Assembly: GCA_963782055.1 (NCBI GenBank)
Contig: CAWAIF010000003.1
Span: 2,816,001 to 2,880,000 of the forward strand
Length of the DNA: 64,000 nucleotides
Source of the DNA: an uncultured delta proteobacterium
GTDB taxonomy: Bacteria; Myxococcota_A; Polyangia; Polyangiales; Polyangiaceae
Reading direction: 5' to 3'
Positions 1 through 9,144 of the stretch are shown here, one piece after another. The notes under the pieces are model-generated. The model searched no databases. It was given only the letters and a program-made list of their open reading frames with translations, and was not told the origin of the DNA. A program made the translations under genes and the position numbers. Numbering within the stretch: the stretch's first letter is position 1; each line of letters opens with the position of its first letter.

Positions 1-191
1 CGGTCCACCGCAAGGTTCACGAGCGGGGCGCCCTGGTCGTCGGTGCCCTCCACGCCCAGCGCGCGGAGCACGACGCGCTCCACGCCGACGGTGGTGTGGG
101 CATCGATGTAGCGCTGCACGTCGTCGGCCACCTCCGCCGCGAGCGCGCGGCACGAGGCGACCTTCTTCGCGTCGACGGGGACGGTGGCCAT
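1..191 (-). CDS. kamD: Lysine 5,6-aminomutase alpha subunit, 5' part (runs off window edge)
   Basis: Manual translation from ATG at 191: MATVPVDAKKVASCRALAAEVADDVQRYIDAHTTVGVERVVLRALGVEGTDDQGAPLVNLAVD. Matches the KamD N-terminal pattern (IxxHTTVxVERxxxRxLGxxG...PLxNxxVD). Absent from the ORF track because it is truncated. Confidence 0.8.
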   Translation of the reverse strand, partial: MATVPVDAKKVASCRALAAEVADDVQRYIDAHTTVGVERVVLRALGVEGTDDQGAPLVNLAVD

Positions 192-299
192 ACGAGGCTT
201 TTGCCACACGCGCGTGATCCGCGAAAGCCCGTTGCGGCCGGGCCGGAAGGCCGGGCGGCGCTGGCGTTGGCGATCGCGTCGCCCGGCCGGGCGGATCCG

Positions 300-836
300 T
301 CAGCTCGCGGGCGATCTGCGGGTGGCCTGCACCGCCGCGGCCGCCAGCAGCGCGAGCAGCGCCGCCAGGCCGACCGCGAGGGCCGGGCTGGGCGCGGGAT
401 CCTCCGCCAGCCGGGCGCGCGCCGCCTCGACCTCCGCCGGGCCGAGCCCCTGGGCCGCGCCCACGCGCGCGAGCCCCTCGTCGGCGTCGCGCGCGAGGCG
501 GTCGTTGCCGGAGAAGAGCGCGCGCGTGGAGAGCGCGGCCGCGCGCACGGCATCCCACGCCAGCGTGGCGGTGGGGAGGTCGTGGCTCTGCTCCGCCTGC
601 CGCGCGATGTCCTCCAGCCGCCCGAAGGCGCGTCCCGGATAGGGACTGAAGGGGACCCGCGCCATGGCCGCCTCGCGCGCCGACGCGATGGCGCCGCGCA
701 GATCGCCGTGTGAGGAGGCCTCGTCGCTCGCCCGCATGGCCCGCGCGCCGGCGACCCACTGCGCCCTCGCCGCGACGCCCAGCACCGCCGCCAGGAGCGC
801 CACGACGGCGATCACCCGCGTCGCGCCCCGGCTCAC
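300..836 (-). CDS. Hypothetical membrane protein (N- and C-terminal hydrophobic helices)
   Basis: C-terminal part of ORF 300..1670; GTG start overlaps the upstream stop (GTGA); protein-like composition only from VSRGATRVIAVVALL onward. Confidence 0.7.
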   Translation of the reverse strand: MSRGATRVIAVVALLAAVLGVAARAQWVAGARAMRASDEASSHGDLRGAIASAREAAMARVPFSPYPGRAFGRLEDIARQAEQSHDLPTATLAWDAVRAAALSTRALFSGNDRLARDADEGLARVGAAQGLGPAEVEAARARLAEDPAPSPALAVGLAALLALLAAAAVQATRRSPAS

Positions 837-1765
837 GTGAAGTCCCGCTTGCGGAAGAAGAGCGCCGCGATGGCCAGCATCACCGCGCTGTAGCCGAGCG
901 CCTGCGCGCCCGCGCGCCCGACGAAGGCCCACACGGGCACGTCGGGTACCTGGCCAAGGAGCAGCGGCCGCGGCGGGACGTAGACGTGGAGGTTGGGCAC
1001 CACGTGCGAGATGGCCGCCGCGAGCTTCTTCGTCCCCTCGCCGAACTGCCGCGCGGGCAGGTGGGCGAGCGTGTCCGCCGAGCGCCCCACCAGGAAGACG
1101 CCGAGGGTGAAGACGGCGGTGAGGAAGGGCGACGAGAAGGAGGAGAAGAGGGTGGCGATCGCGGCGACGATGCTCGCCTCGCAGAGCGTCAGGGCGGCGG
1201 AGGCGATCACCAGGCCGCGATTCTGCCCCGCGGGGGACGCCAGGATCGCCATGGCGGCGAAGGCGGCGAGCGACCATGGGATGAGGACGAAGACGCGGGT
1301 GTACTTCGCGCGGAGGAGCAGCACGCCCAGGATGGCGAGCAGCAGGACCACCGCGCCCGCGACCAGCGCCGGCTTCTGATTCGCCTCCAGCGCGAGCACC
1401 GCGAGCACGGCGGCGGCGTCGGTGGCGACGAAGACGACGAGCGTCGCGATCGTGCCCATGTACTTGCCCAGCAGGTACTCGTGCCGACGCAGCGGTCGCG
1501 CGAGGATGGGGAAGACCGTCTTGAGCTCCAGCTCGCGATGGAGGGACGTGGCGCCCAGGACGATGGCCACGAGCGCGGCGTAAAGGGAGATCGACCCCGC
1601 GCCGATGTCGGAGACCACGCGCGGCTGCTGGTCGAGCGAGAGGCTGGCCACCACCACGGCGTAGGCGCACGTCGCCAGCGCGAGGGCGAAGAGGCCGTAC
1701 AGCACGCGCGCGCGGACCGCCTCGCGGTACGCGTTCATGGCCACGGCGAGCATGCGCGCCAGCAT
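833..1765 (-). CDS. ABC-2 type transporter permease (PilI-like)
   Basis: Multiple TM helices; 'AMNAYREAVRAR' and 'RELELKTVFPILARPLRRHEYLLGKYMG' motifs typical of this family. Confidence 0.8.
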   Translation of the reverse strand: MLARMLAVAMNAYREAVRARVLYGLFALALATCAYAVVVASLSLDQQPRVVSDIGAGSISLYAALVAIVLGATSLHRELELKTVFPILARPLRRHEYLLGKYMGTIATLVVFVATDAAAVLAVLALEANQKPALVAGAVVLLLAILGVLLLRAKYTRVFVLIPWSLAAFAAMAILASPAGQNRGLVIASAALTLCEASIVAAIATLFSSFSSPFLTAVFTLGVFLVGRSADTLAHLPARQFGEGTKKLAAAISHVVPNLHVYVPPRPLLLGQVPDVPVWAFVGRAGAQALGYSAVMLAIAALFFRKRDFT

Positions 1766-1827
1766 GATTGCCCTTTAGCAGACCTCGGCGGGGCGCGGAA
1801 AGAACCGGCGCCTGCGCGGCAGGGGGG

Positions 1828-2475
1828 TCAGGCGGGGTGCTCCGAGGTGTGGCGGAGGTTCTCCAGCACGTAGCGCTCCACCAGCCGCGGCACGCTCAGC
1901 ACCGCGGCGCGCAGGCGCTCCTCGTAGAAGGCGCGGACGATGCCGGGCCCGGGATCCACCAGCGCCCCGTAGGTGAGCAGCACGCGCGGCGCGCCGGAAG
2001 GGGAGGGCGCGAGCGGCTCGGCCCGGAAGAAGCCCCAGGCGTCGTCGATGGCGTGGGGGAAGGAGCGGTCGAGCCAGAAGCGGACGGTACTCTCGCGCGA
2101 GTACTTGCGCACCCGCAGCACATAGGACGCCGACATCACGCCGTTGCCCTGCTCCAGCTGGACGTAGGTGTCGTGGGTGGGGCCGGCGACGAGGCGCGCG
2201 TCGCGCGTGCGCGGCAAGAGCTGGCGGTAGGCGCTCGGATCGTCGAAGAGGCCGAGCACCTCCTCGACCGAGGCGTCGACGATGGTGTACGTGACGCCGC
2301 CCACGAACCGGCGCTCACCGTCCTCCACCGTCTGCTCGCGCGTGATCGTCTGGCCGGCCTGGAGGCGCGCCTGCTCGGCCGCCGTCAGGCCGTCTGCGCG
2401 CGCGGCGGACGGGGCGAGGCACGCGGCCGCGACCGCGAGCACCAGCCATCCTCTCCTCAGGCGCGTCAGCAGCAT
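1828..2475 (-). CDS. Secreted SRPBCC/START (polyketide cyclase-like) domain protein
   Basis: Signal peptide ending ARA-D; 'IVDASVEEVLGLFDDPSAYRQLLP' START-like motif. Confidence 0.65.
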   Translation of the reverse strand: MLLTRLRRGWLVLAVAAACLAPSAARADGLTAAEQARLQAGQTITREQTVEDGERRFVGGVTYTIVDASVEEVLGLFDDPSAYRQLLPRTRDARLVAGPTHDTYVQLEQGNGVMSASYVLRVRKYSRESTVRFWLDRSFPHAIDDAWGFFRAEPLAPSPSGAPRVLLTYGALVDPGPGIVRAFYEERLRAAVLSVPRLVERYVLENLRHTSEHPA

Positions 2476-2587
2476 GGCCCGCCCATGTTAGGAACGGCCT
2501 CCCGGCAGCGCAACCCAGCTCGGTCGCGAAGAACCTGCCCGGGGAGAGGACCTCCACGCGATCGGTCGGGTGGCTTCGGGGTGGCGC

Positions 2588-3535
2588 CTAGCGGATCGCG
2601 ACGATCTGCACCTTCGGCCCCATGCTCACCGTCAGGGGCCCGCGGGTTTCGTGCAGATCGCCGTCGATCATGTAGCGCATCACGCCGTCCGCGCTGTGGA
2701 TGGTCGCGCTCTCGGTGACGGCCTCGTAGGTCTTGCCTTCGCGCATCGGCGCGGCGCGCCAGATCCGCGGTAGATCCCGCACGAAGCCCATGGGGCTCGT
2801 GTGGATGCCCAGCAGGTGGAAGTGCCCCGGCCGCTCGTCGAAGCGCCGGAACGGCCGGAAGTGCAGGCCTATCTGGTCGATGGTGCCGCCGGCGACCGCG
2901 AGGTAGTCGCGCTCCTCCCAGCGCGTGCCGTCGGGCAGCTCCACATGGCCGCGGAAGGGCGCGGCGATGCGCGAGACGACCTCCCCGCCGACGAGCGCGC
3001 TGCCCACACCGCTGAGCAGCGTGCGCGCGGCGACGAGCGGCGACGGCTCGCCGTTGCGGTAGTACTCCGCGAGGAAGCCGTAGACCGCGCCGGTGCCGAA
3101 GAGGAAGCCGTACGTCTGGCCGATGCGCATCACGTTGCGCTCGAGGTTCTCCAGGGGACGCGCGGCGCGCTCCACGTACAGCCGGATGAGGCGGTCGAGC
3201 AGCGCCTCCGGCCGGCCGTGGCGGATGCCGATGGAGTTGGCCACCGTGTTCATGGTCCCGCCGCGCAGGAAGGCCACCTGGGGCAGCGCCTGGTTGCGGT
3301 AGACGTCGATGAAGCCGGTCAGCGTGACGTGGTTGGTCCCGTCGCCCCCGCCGATGCCGAGCACGTCGATGCCCAGGTGCTGGAAGTCCTCGGCGATGCG
3401 GTGCAGCTCCTCCAGCGAGCGGACCTCCCGCACGATCCCGTGGTCCCCCAGGGTGCGGGCGAGCCTCGTCGTGGCGCCAGGGTCGTGGCGGTTGCGACGG
3501 CTCTTCGGGTTGACGATGATGCCGATCCCGGACAT
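2588..3535 (-). CDS. Diacylglycerol/sphingosine kinase family lipid kinase
   Basis: IIVNPKS, GGGDGT, LRGGTMNTVA and C-terminal IDGD motifs. Confidence 0.9.
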   Translation of the reverse strand: MSGIGIIVNPKSRRNRHDPGATTRLARTLGDHGIVREVRSLEELHRIAEDFQHLGIDVLGIGGGDGTNHVTLTGFIDVYRNQALPQVAFLRGGTMNTVANSIGIRHGRPEALLDRLIRLYVERAARPLENLERNVMRIGQTYGFLFGTGAVYGFLAEYYRNGEPSPLVAARTLLSGVGSALVGGEVVSRIAAPFRGHVELPDGTRWEERDYLAVAGGTIDQIGLHFRPFRRFDERPGHFHLLGIHTSPMGFVRDLPRIWRAAPMREGKTYEAVTESATIHSADGVMRYMIDGDLHETRGPLTVSMGPKVQIVAIR

Positions 3536-3617
3536 TCGCCACGAGGGTGGCCGCGCGGGGGCCTCGCGTCAACCGCGAGGGTTGCCAGCGGGCCGCTCAG
3601 GCACCACCCTGCCGTGG

Positions 3618-4535
3618 ATGCCCAGCGTGAAGGAGCAGGTGGAGTGCGCACACAAGGCTGCGCTTGTCGTGCCGCAACCGGACCGCGCGATCGTCGCGGT
3701 GACGGGCGGCGACAGGGCGAGCTGGCTCAACGGCGTGGTGACGTGCGACGTCGCCCGGCTACGCGCCGGAGAGGCGGCCTACGGCCTCGCCGTGACGCAG
3801 AAGGGACGCATCGTGGCGGACCTGCAGGTCTACGTCGACGAGGACAGGTTGCTGCTGGTGGTGCCCGCGTCCGCGCGCGAGGATCTGCTCGCCGCGTTCG
3901 AGCGCTACCTGGTGATGGAGGACGCCGAGCTCTCCGCGGTGCCGCTCCGCGCCTTCGCCGTGCACGGGCCCGCGTCGGCGACGGTGCTGGAGCGCGCGCG
4001 GGCCGCCGGCGCGCTGGGCGCCGCGCTCGACCTCACCGGCCTCGGCGGCGCGCTGGTGCTCGTCCCCGACGATCGCGCCGACGCGGTCGCCGCGGCGATG
4101 GCGGACGCCGCGCGCGCGGCCGGCGGCGCCGTCGGCGACGACGCCGGCTGGGAGTCGCTGCGGCTGGAGCGCGGCGTGCCGCGCTACGGCAAGGACTTCG
4201 ACGCGAGCACCTACCCTCAGGAGGCCTCGCTGGAGAAGCGCGCCGTCTCCTTCGACAAGGGCTGCTACCTCGGCCAGGAGGTGGTGTGCATGCTGGAGAT
4301 GCGCGGCCACGTGAAGCGCAAGCTGGTGCCGGTGGTGCTCGAGGGCGCTTCGCCGGAGGCGGGCGCGGAGGTGACCGACGTGGCGGGCGCGGTCGTCGGC
4401 AAGCTCACCAGCGTCGCCGCGGGCGCCACGGCCGACCAGGCCGTCGGCCTCGCCATGGTGAAGCTGGCGAGCGCCCAGCCGGGCACCGAGCTGCGCGTGG
4501 GCGCGATCGCCGCGCGCGTGACGCTCGTGCAGTGA
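3618..4535 (+). CDS. ygfZ: YgfZ/GcvT-family folate-binding Fe-S cluster repair protein
   Basis: VTGGDRASWLNG and the signature KGCYLGQE; start placed at ATG 3618. Confidence 0.9.
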   Translation: MPSVKEQVECAHKAALVVPQPDRAIVAVTGGDRASWLNGVVTCDVARLRAGEAAYGLAVTQKGRIVADLQVYVDEDRLLLVVPASAREDLLAAFERYLVMEDAELSAVPLRAFAVHGPASATVLERARAAGALGAALDLTGLGGALVLVPDDRADAVAAAMADAARAAGGAVGDDAGWESLRLERGVPRYGKDFDASTYPQEASLEKRAVSFDKGCYLGQEVVCMLEMRGHVKRKLVPVVLEGASPEAGAEVTDVAGAVVGKLTSVAAGATADQAVGLAMVKLASAQPGTELRVGAIAARVTLVQ

Positions 4536-4541
4536 CTCCAG

Positions 4542-5399
4542 TCAGAGCTTGCGATCCAGCTTGTAGCGGTGGTGGCCGCTGTCGGTCTCGCCAAGCCGCG
4601 TGACCTTGAGCATCTCCAGCGCGATCTCGCGAATGCGCCCGTCCTTGTCGACCTTGAGGTGCAGGCGGTCGCCGTCGCTGCGCAGCACGTCGCAGCGGCC
4701 GAAGGCGAAGTGCTCCACCACGTCGCCGGCCTCGGGGAAGGGGCCATCCTCCTCCTCCTCGTGGCGAACCGGCGGGCGCGGCGGTATCAGCGCTCCCGCG
4801 GCGGGCGGCCCGGGGGCGCGCCGCGCGGCGTGGCGCGGCTCCGGCTGCGCGGCGCTCGCGGCGATGGCATCCCCCCACGCGGCGGGCGGCTCGGGGGAGC
4901 GGGCGGGCGCCGCCGCGCGCGGGGCGGGCGCCGCCGCGCGTGGGGCGCGCACCGCCGAAGCGTCGCCGAGCATCATCACGCCGGCCCTGGGATCCATCGC
5001 GAGCGCGAGGGCGAGATCCTCCGAGGAGACGGCGTGCACCTCCAGGCCGACCACCCGCGCGTAGGCGAGCTCCCCGCTCCACGTCTCGGCGTTGCCGCCG
5101 TCGGTCTCGCGCGAGAGCACCACGCGCAGCGACACCGCGGGGGAGCCCTCGGCGAGGCCGACGGTGCCGTCCATCGAGACCACGTGGAGCGCACCCTGCA
5201 GGCGCCGCATCGGTCCCAGGCCGCCTGCGGAAGGGGAGTAGACGCGGATGGCGACGTCCTCGATCACGCCGTGACCGCGCAGCCACCCGGTGGCGACGGC
5301 CGCCTCGCGCAGGAGCGCCGTCAGCCCGTCAGGCAACGACTCGCCCTCGGCGACGCGAAAGTAGTGGTGCCGGGTCGTGTTGGAGGAGTGCGCGGTCAT
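4542..5399 (-). CDS. PPC/DUF296-like domain protein with Pro/Ala linker and C-terminal Tudor/SH3-like domain
   Basis: 'FRVAEGESLPDGL...GWLRGHGVIEDV...VVSMDGTV...WSGEL' PPC pattern; ATG 5399 overlaps the upstream stop (ATGA). Confidence 0.7.
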   Translation of the reverse strand: MTAHSSNTTRHHYFRVAEGESLPDGLTALLREAAVATGWLRGHGVIEDVAIRVYSPSAGGLGPMRRLQGALHVVSMDGTVGLAEGSPAVSLRVVLSRETDGGNAETWSGELAYARVVGLEVHAVSSEDLALALAMDPRAGVMMLGDASAVRAPRAAAPAPRAAAPARSPEPPAAWGDAIAASAAQPEPRHAARRAPGPPAAGALIPPRPPVRHEEEEDGPFPEAGDVVEHFAFGRCDVLRSDGDRLHLKVDKDGRIREIALEMLKVTRLGETDSGHHRYKLDRKL

Positions 5400-6583
5400 G
5401 TGGGCCCGCCCGTCAGGTTCAGGACAGGCGGCGGTCTCGCGGGCACCGGGCACCCGGGGCCCGCCGGCGACGACGACGGACCCGCCTCGGTGGGGCAGCG
5501 GTCCTGCGCGTCCAGCACGCCGTCCTTGTCGGTGTCGCGGCCCAGCGGCGCGAAGACCAGGCCGAGCACGAAGCGGAAGCGCGGGGTCGTGACCGGGGCC
5601 GTGCTGGAGAGCGGCAGCCAGCCGCCGCCCCCGAGCTGCAGCGCCAGATCGCCGCCGAGGAGCGGCGCGCTGCGCACCGAGAGCATCCACTCCGCGGGCG
5701 CGATGAACTGTCCGTTGGGCGTGCTCACCAGGCCGCTGCCTGTCTGCGAGACCGTCGCCTGCTCCTCCAGCACCGGCAGCGCGCGCGCCTCCGCGGTGAC
5801 GCTCAGCAGCTCGTGGTCCAGGATGTCATAGCCCACGCCGAGCGCGGCCGTCATCTGGGTGCCGATGCGCGCGCCGAGGAGCTCGGCGACCGGTCGCACG
5901 CGCAGGCCCAGCTCCGCGCCGGCGAACCAGCGGCCGTGGCGGAAGTCCGCCGCGACGGAGGGGATGTAGACGCCGGTGCGTTCGGAGGCGAAGGAGCCCT
6001 GGTCGCCCGTGGGCGCGCTCATCTCGAAGCGGGCGGTGAGCGACCACCAGTTGCCCTGCAGCAGCGCGCCGTTGGTGTGCGGATCGCGCCGCTCGCGCGG
6101 GACGATGGCGTAGGCCGCGCCGAAGCGCATGTCGCCGCTGGCGGTGGTGGAGAGGCTGTCACCGCCGGTGATCGGGCTGACGCCGGAGCCATCCTGGAAG
6201 ATGACGGCGGGGAGCACCAGGTCCAGCTCGAGCCGCCGGGTGAGCCCGTAGGCGAAGAGGAAGGAGCTGGACACCTGGTTGTCCACGGCGGTGCGGTCGC
6301 TGCCGTCCGGGCCGGGCGACGGCAGGTGAAGGACGACGGGCCGCGACTGGTACGCGGTGATCAGTCCGAAGGACACCCGCCCCTGGGCCACCGTCTCGGT
6401 GCCTCCGACCGAGAGGAAGCGCGCGGGCCCCGCGTGCGGCCAGAACGTGTTGGCGTCGATGCACGGGTTGACGAGCGGATTCTGGCAGTCGGCCGCCATC
6501 ACCGGGGAGGAGGCGAGACACGCCGCGGCGGCCGCGATGGAGGCGACGAGGGCGGAGCGCCGCAGGGCCGGAACGGGCGGCAT
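5396..6583 (-). CDS. Outer-membrane beta-barrel protein (OmpA-family-like barrel) with one TSP3-type Ca-binding repeat and no OmpA_C domain
   Basis: Signal peptide; alternating beta-strand pattern; 'TPRFRFVLGLVF' then DTDKDGVLDAQDRCP...GCP before the stop. Confidence 0.7.
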   Translation of the reverse strand: MPPVPALRRSALVASIAAAAACLASSPVMAADCQNPLVNPCIDANTFWPHAGPARFLSVGGTETVAQGRVSFGLITAYQSRPVVLHLPSPGPDGSDRTAVDNQVSSSFLFAYGLTRRLELDLVLPAVIFQDGSGVSPITGGDSLSTTASGDMRFGAAYAIVPRERRDPHTNGALLQGNWWSLTARFEMSAPTGDQGSFASERTGVYIPSVAADFRHGRWFAGAELGLRVRPVAELLGARIGTQMTAALGVGYDILDHELLSVTAEARALPVLEEQATVSQTGSGLVSTPNGQFIAPAEWMLSVRSAPLLGGDLALQLGGGGWLPLSSTAPVTTPRFRFVLGLVFAPLGRDTDKDGVLDAQDRCPTEAGPSSSPAGPGCPVPARPPPVLNLTGGPT

Positions 6584-6664
6584 GGGGCGACAAGCTACTC
6601 GGCCAGGACCGCCCTGGGAAGGGCTGGCGGCGGGGGACCCGAAGCGTGGTAAAAGGCGCTCGCG

Positions 6665-7273
6665 ATGCCCCCCATCTCCGAAGCGCACCCTCTCGTGCTC
6701 GGCAGCGCCTCCCCGCGCCGCCGGGACCTCCTGACGCTCGCCGGCGTGGCTCACGTGGTCTTCGCGGTGCCGGTGGACGAGACGCCCCGCGCGGGCGAGC
6801 CCGCCGCCGACTACGTCGCGCGCGTCGCGAAGGTGAAGCTGGAGGCCGTGTGGGACGGCCTGCCCGAGCAGCTGGCCCGCATCGGTCACTGCGTGCTCTG
6901 CGCGGACACCTCGGTGGTGCTCGACGACAAGGTCCTCGGCAAGCCGCAGACCGGCGAGGAGGGCGCGAGCATGCTGCGTGCCCTCTCCGACCGCGAGCAC
7001 GAGGTGATGACCGCCTTCGTCGTCGGCAGCATCGCCGACAGGGTCCTGCTCCACCTGGAGGTGGTCACGACACGCGTCGTCTTCCGCGCCGTGCGCGAGC
7101 GCGAGCTGCGCGCCTACGTCGCCTCCGGGGAGGGGCGCGACAAGGCGGGCGGCTACGCCATCCAGGGGCGCGCCGGGGCGATGGTAAGGCGCATCGAGGG
7201 CTCACCCACCAACGTCATCGGCCTGCCCACGTGCGAGGTGGTCAGCGCCCTCGAGGGTCTGAGGCTCCTTTGA
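6665..7273 (+). CDS. maf: Maf family nucleoside triphosphate pyrophosphatase
   Basis: LVLGSASPRRRDLL, ADTSVV, LGKP, DKAGGYAIQG, NVIGLP. Confidence 0.95.
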   Translation: MPPISEAHPLVLGSASPRRRDLLTLAGVAHVVFAVPVDETPRAGEPAADYVARVAKVKLEAVWDGLPEQLARIGHCVLCADTSVVLDDKVLGKPQTGEEGASMLRALSDREHEVMTAFVVGSIADRVLLHLEVVTTRVVFRAVRERELRAYVASGEGRDKAGGYAIQGRAGAMVRRIEGSPTNVIGLPTCEVVSALEGLRLL

Positions 7274-8718
7274 CGGAGGCGGCCGCGGCGGCCTCGCGAC
7301 TGGTTCGCACGGCGCCGCGAGCGGATGCGCGGCTGGGCACCACCACGGCGCTCGCCGCCTTCGCCCTGGTCGCGCGCGGGGTCGTGGTGGCGTGGGCGGC
7401 TGGCCGCTTCCCGCCGGCCGCCGACGGGCACTACTACCACGTGCTCGCCTCCCGTCTGGCGATGGGCGCGGGCTACACGTGGGCGTGGCCCGACGGCTCG
7501 GTCACCTACGCCGCGCACTACCCCGTCGGCTACCCGGCGATGCTCGCCGCCCTCTACGCCGTCTTCGGCGCGCATCCGGTCCTCGGGATGATCCTCAACG
7601 CGCTGCTCGGCGCCGCAGGCGTCGCCGCCGCGCACCGGGTGATGCTCCGTGTGGCGCCGCCGCGCGCGGCGCTCGTGGCGGGCGTCGTGTCCGCGCTCCA
7701 CCCCGCGCTCCTGCTCTACACGCCCGCGCTGATGACCGAGGGGGTCACCGCGTCGCTCCTGCTCGTCGCCCTCGCGCTGGCGCCGCGTCCGGGCGCGCGC
7801 GCGTGGCCGCGCTGGGTGGCCGGCGGCGCGGTGATGGGCGTGGCGACGCTGGTGCGGCCGCAGTGCATCCTCGTCGCCCCGGGCCTGGGCTTCGTCTACG
7901 CGATGGCGGGCGGGCTCGGCGTGCGCGCGCGCTTCGCGCTCGCGGCGGGCCTGACGGCCATGGCGCTCGCGGTGTGCGCGCCGTGGACCGCGCGCAACTG
8001 CGCCCGCATGCACCGCTGCGCGCTGGTGAGCGTCAACGGCGGGTGGAACCTGCTCATCGGCGCGCAGACCGACAGCGGCGCGTGGTCGGAGATCGTCGTC
8101 CCCGACGGCTGCAAGACGGTGTGGGACGAGGCGGGCAAGGACACCTGCTTCGAGCGCGCGGCGCGCGCGTCCATCCTGGCGCACCCGCTGGCGTGGATGG
8201 CCCGCGCGCCGGCGAAGCTGGCGGTGACCTTCGACTACTTCGGCGCCGCCCCGTGGTACCTGCACGAGTCCGGCCCCGCGGCCTTCTCCGAGCGCGCCAA
8301 GGTGGCGCTGGGCACGGTCGAGACGATCGTCTCCCGCCTCCTGCTCTTGCTGGCGCTCGCCCTCGGCGTCCCGTGGCGCGGCCGCACGCTGCGCCAGCGC
8401 GGGGCGCTCGCCGCCGGCGCCGCGGGGATCGTCTTCGCCGTCGGCCGCACGGCGTGGCCCTCCTACGGCCTGCTCGCCCTGCTGCTCGTGCTCGCTCCCC
8501 GCGACAAGCTGCTCTCGCCGTTCGTCGCGTACTTCCTCGCCGCGACCATGGCGACGCACGCCGTCTTCTTCGGCGCCGGGCGCTACGGCCTGGTCGTGGT
8601 GCCCTTCGTCACCCTCCTCGCCTTCGTCCGGCTGCGGGCCAGGGCGCCGGGCGGCGAGGGGGCTTGCGTCAGCGACGCCCCGGTGCCACCGTCGGTGGTG
8701 TCGACGCCCGGCAGGTGA
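7270..8718 (+). CDS. GT-C (ArnT/PMT, GT39-like) integral membrane glycosyltransferase
   Basis: Many TM helices; D..YY..LA, YPVGYPAML, LMTE, LVRP, PWTARN, SVNGGWNL motifs. TTG start overlapping the maf stop is assumed. Confidence 0.75.
   Translation: MTEAAAAASRLVRTAPRADARLGTTTALAAFALVARGVVVAWAAGRFPPAADGHYYHVLASRLAMGAGYTWAWPDGSVTYAAHYPVGYPAMLAALYAVFGAHPVLGMILNALLGAAGVAAAHRVMLRVAPPRAALVAGVVSALHPALLLYTPALMTEGVTASLLLVALALAPRPGARAWPRWVAGGAVMGVATLVRPQCILVAPGLGFVYAMAGGLGVRARFALAAGLTAMALAVCAPWTARNCARMHRCALVSVNGGWNLLIGAQTDSGAWSEIVVPDGCKTVWDEAGKDTCFERAARASILAHPLAWMARAPAKLAVTFDYFGAAPWYLHESGPAAFSERAKVALGTVETIVSRLLLLLALALGVPWRGRTLRQRGALAAGAAGIVFAVGRTAWPSYGLLALLLVLAPRDKLLSPFVAYFLAATMATHAVFFGAGRYGLVVVPFVTLLAFVRLRARAPGGEGACVSDAPVPPSVVSTPGR
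8664..8692 (+). promoter_or_regulatory. Candidate sigma70-type promoter for rnpB
   Basis: TTGCGT-N17-CACCGT ending 8 nt before the predicted RNase P RNA 5' end. Confidence 0.4.
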
Positions 8719-9096
8719 TCGCCGGTCGGAGGCGCAAGCCGATGACGGGAGGAAAGTCCGAGCTCCAGAGGGTACGGTGCCGGGTAACGCCCGGTGGCGG
8801 AGACGCCGAGGAAAGTGCCACAGAAAACAGACCTCCTCTCTCCGGAGAGGGAAGGGTGAAAAGGCGGGGTAAGAGCCCACCGCGTGCGTGGTGACACGCA
8901 CGGCACGGCAAACCCCACCAGGAGCAAGGCCGCGTAGGCAGGCGATGCGCTCGCGAGAGCGCGGGAGGGCGACCCGCCCGAGCCTGCGGGTAGGCTGCTC
9001 GAGGCGGCTGGCAACAGCCGTCCTAGAGGAATGATCACCGCCGCGCGAAGGGTGACCGACGCGCGGAACAGAACTCGGCTTACGCCGGACGTCGAC
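8700..9096 (+). ncRNA. rnpB: RNase P RNA, class A
   Basis: Conserved GAGGAAAGTCCGAGCTC, AGTGCCACAGAAA, GGTAAGAGC, GGCAAACCCCAC, ACAGAACTCGGCTTA; P1 pairing of GTCGACGCCCGGC (8700) with GCCGGACGTCGAC (9084-9096). Confidence 0.97.
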
Positions 9097-9097
9097 C

Positions 9098-9137
9098 CGC
9101 TCGCCCGTGCCGCAAGGCGCGGGCGGGCGCGTTTTGT
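9098..9137 (+). terminator. Rho-independent terminator after rnpB
   Basis: 14-bp GC stem (with G-U pairs), GCAA loop, then TTTTGT. Confidence 0.75.
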
Positions 9138-9144
9138 GGGCTCG

